Source: a virus
Length of the DNA stretch: 32,079 nucleotides
Virus record (IMG/VR): IMGVR_UViG_3300009450_000002
Coordinates: 1 to 32,079 of that record
Reading direction: 5' to 3' (one strand)
Below, in pieces: positions 31,386-32,079 of this stretch; position 1 is the first letter of the stretch, and each line of letters opens with the position of its first letter. The position numbers were made by a program, and so were the translations under genes. Below the pieces are notes generated by a model, which saw only the letters and a program-made list of their open reading frames with translations, did no database searches and was not told the origin of the DNA.

Positions 31386-32079
31386 CGTAGAACTCCATGA
31401 AGAACGGCAACCAGTAGGTGTCCCACACATGCTCCACCTCGAACTGTTTCGCGAACTCGATGTTGACGTGACTGATACCACGTGGCTGTTCGTACACGGC
31501 CTCCAACGCTTGAGCCATCGACGACAGTGTGGGTCGCATATAGAACGCGCCCTGAGGTTCGTCCCATAGCGGTTCGCCATCGCAAAGGTAAGAGTCTGGG
31601 CCTGCCAGATCAGGTGACGCGGTCCAGGATGATGTGAGCAGACGGGCACCACACGCTTGTGACTCGATGCTGGTCACACCGAAACCTTCACCGTAGGTGA
31701 CGTTCATGACGACGTCTGACGCGGTGTAGAACGCGGCCAGATGTTCTGCAGGGTAGCCCACACGTAGCAGGGTCGCGTCAGGGAATATGACATCGTTCTT
31801 ATCCAGGCCAATCGCTTCGAGTAGGCGTGGAATGTTGAACCCTCCGAACACGGCAGACGGTTCCATATGCAGGTACAGTCGCGCCTCAGGGTGCTTCTTC
31901 TTGAACAGGGAGTATGCGAACAACTGTTCGGATAGTGCTTTACGATGCAGGATGCCGTTGGATTTATTCGCCGCGACGATGCTGACCAAGAAATGGTCAT
32001 CAGTGAGGCCCATGAACTCACGTGTCGGAACACCATCCACCTTGTACGTCGGCTTGTACACCTTCGCGTCGAACGCGTG
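31363..32079 (-). CDS. Glycosyltransferase (GT1/GT4-like), 3' part of the junction-spanning gene (see 1-591)
   Basis: YGEGFGVTSIESQACGARLL is a GT-B EX7E-type motif. The reading frame is continuous with 1-591. Confidence 0.75.
   Translation of the reverse strand, partial: HAFDAKVYKPTYKVDGVPTREFMGLTDDHFLVSIVAANKSNGILHRKALSEQLFAYSLFKKKHPEARLYLHMEPSAVFGGFNIPRLLEAIGLDKNDVIFPDATLLRVGYPAEHLAAFYTASDVVMNVTYGEGFGVTSIESQACGARLLTSSWTASPDLAGPDSYLCDGEPLWDEPQGAFYMRPTLSSMAQALEAVYEQPRGISHVNIEFAKQFEVEHVWDTYWLPFFMEFYGETFPTR
31981..32079. repeat. Second copy of the 99-nt terminal repeat
   Basis: Identical to nt 1-99. Confidence 0.95.

Noticed and set aside
31386-31652. N-terminal 89 codons of track ORF 30711-31652
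   Set aside because: This part overlaps the GT4 gene in another frame, with Arg/Ser/Cys-rich composition. A GTG with GGAG upstream at 31385, just before the GT4 stop, gives a sensible start.
1-32079. CRISPR arrays, rRNA genes, transposases/IS elements, integrons
   Set aside because: No regularly spaced repeat-spacer arrays, rRNA-like stretches or transposase-like ORFs were seen on either strand. The only repeats are those listed in the features.

Overview
This window appears to be a complete, circularly closed genome of a small siphovirus-type actinobacteriophage. Nt 1-99 are identical to nt 31981-32079, so the unique length is 31,980 bp. About 60 tightly packed genes, often with ATGA or TGATG overlaps, run almost entirely on the minus strand.

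Minus-strand modules, by descending coordinate:
- Head-tail connector, neck, major tail protein, G/GT tail chaperones with a -1 frameshift, tape measure, tail tip, glycine-rich fibre: 29732 to 21690.
- Lysis (M23 endolysin, r1t-type holin, small membrane proteins): 21686 to 20212.
- Recombination (YqaJ exonuclease plus a Rad52-like annealase): 18741 to 16900.
- Replication and DNA metabolism (HNH, wHTH initiator with internal iterons, beta-class methyltransferase, SSB, RusA, metallophosphoesterase): 16586 to 9971.
- ParB-like plus Mom-like proteins, TerS, a P-loop NTPase, TerL, portal, prohead protease: 9801 to 2782.
- HK97-type capsid (1814-660), then three glycosyltransferase-type genes that wrap the junction (591 to 30071).

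Four short plus-strand units interrupt this: 2012-2730, whiB at 18700-18978, an HTH gene at 19900-20121, and 29867-30031. Two of them are driven by near-identical TTGACA-N18-TACAGT promoter-leader modules. The WhiB gene and these promoters point to an actinobacterial host. I recognised no integrase, repressor, DNA polymerase, primase or helicase.

The most unusual signal is a 79-nt plus-strand element (16626-16704) in the largest non-coding gap. It looks like the tRNA-like domain of tmRNA, with an Ala-type acceptor stem carrying a G3-U wobble, discriminator A, a GGUUUCGAC D-loop motif and a canonical T arm, but it has no mRNA-like domain.

All family calls rest on motif recognition by eye. No database search was possible.
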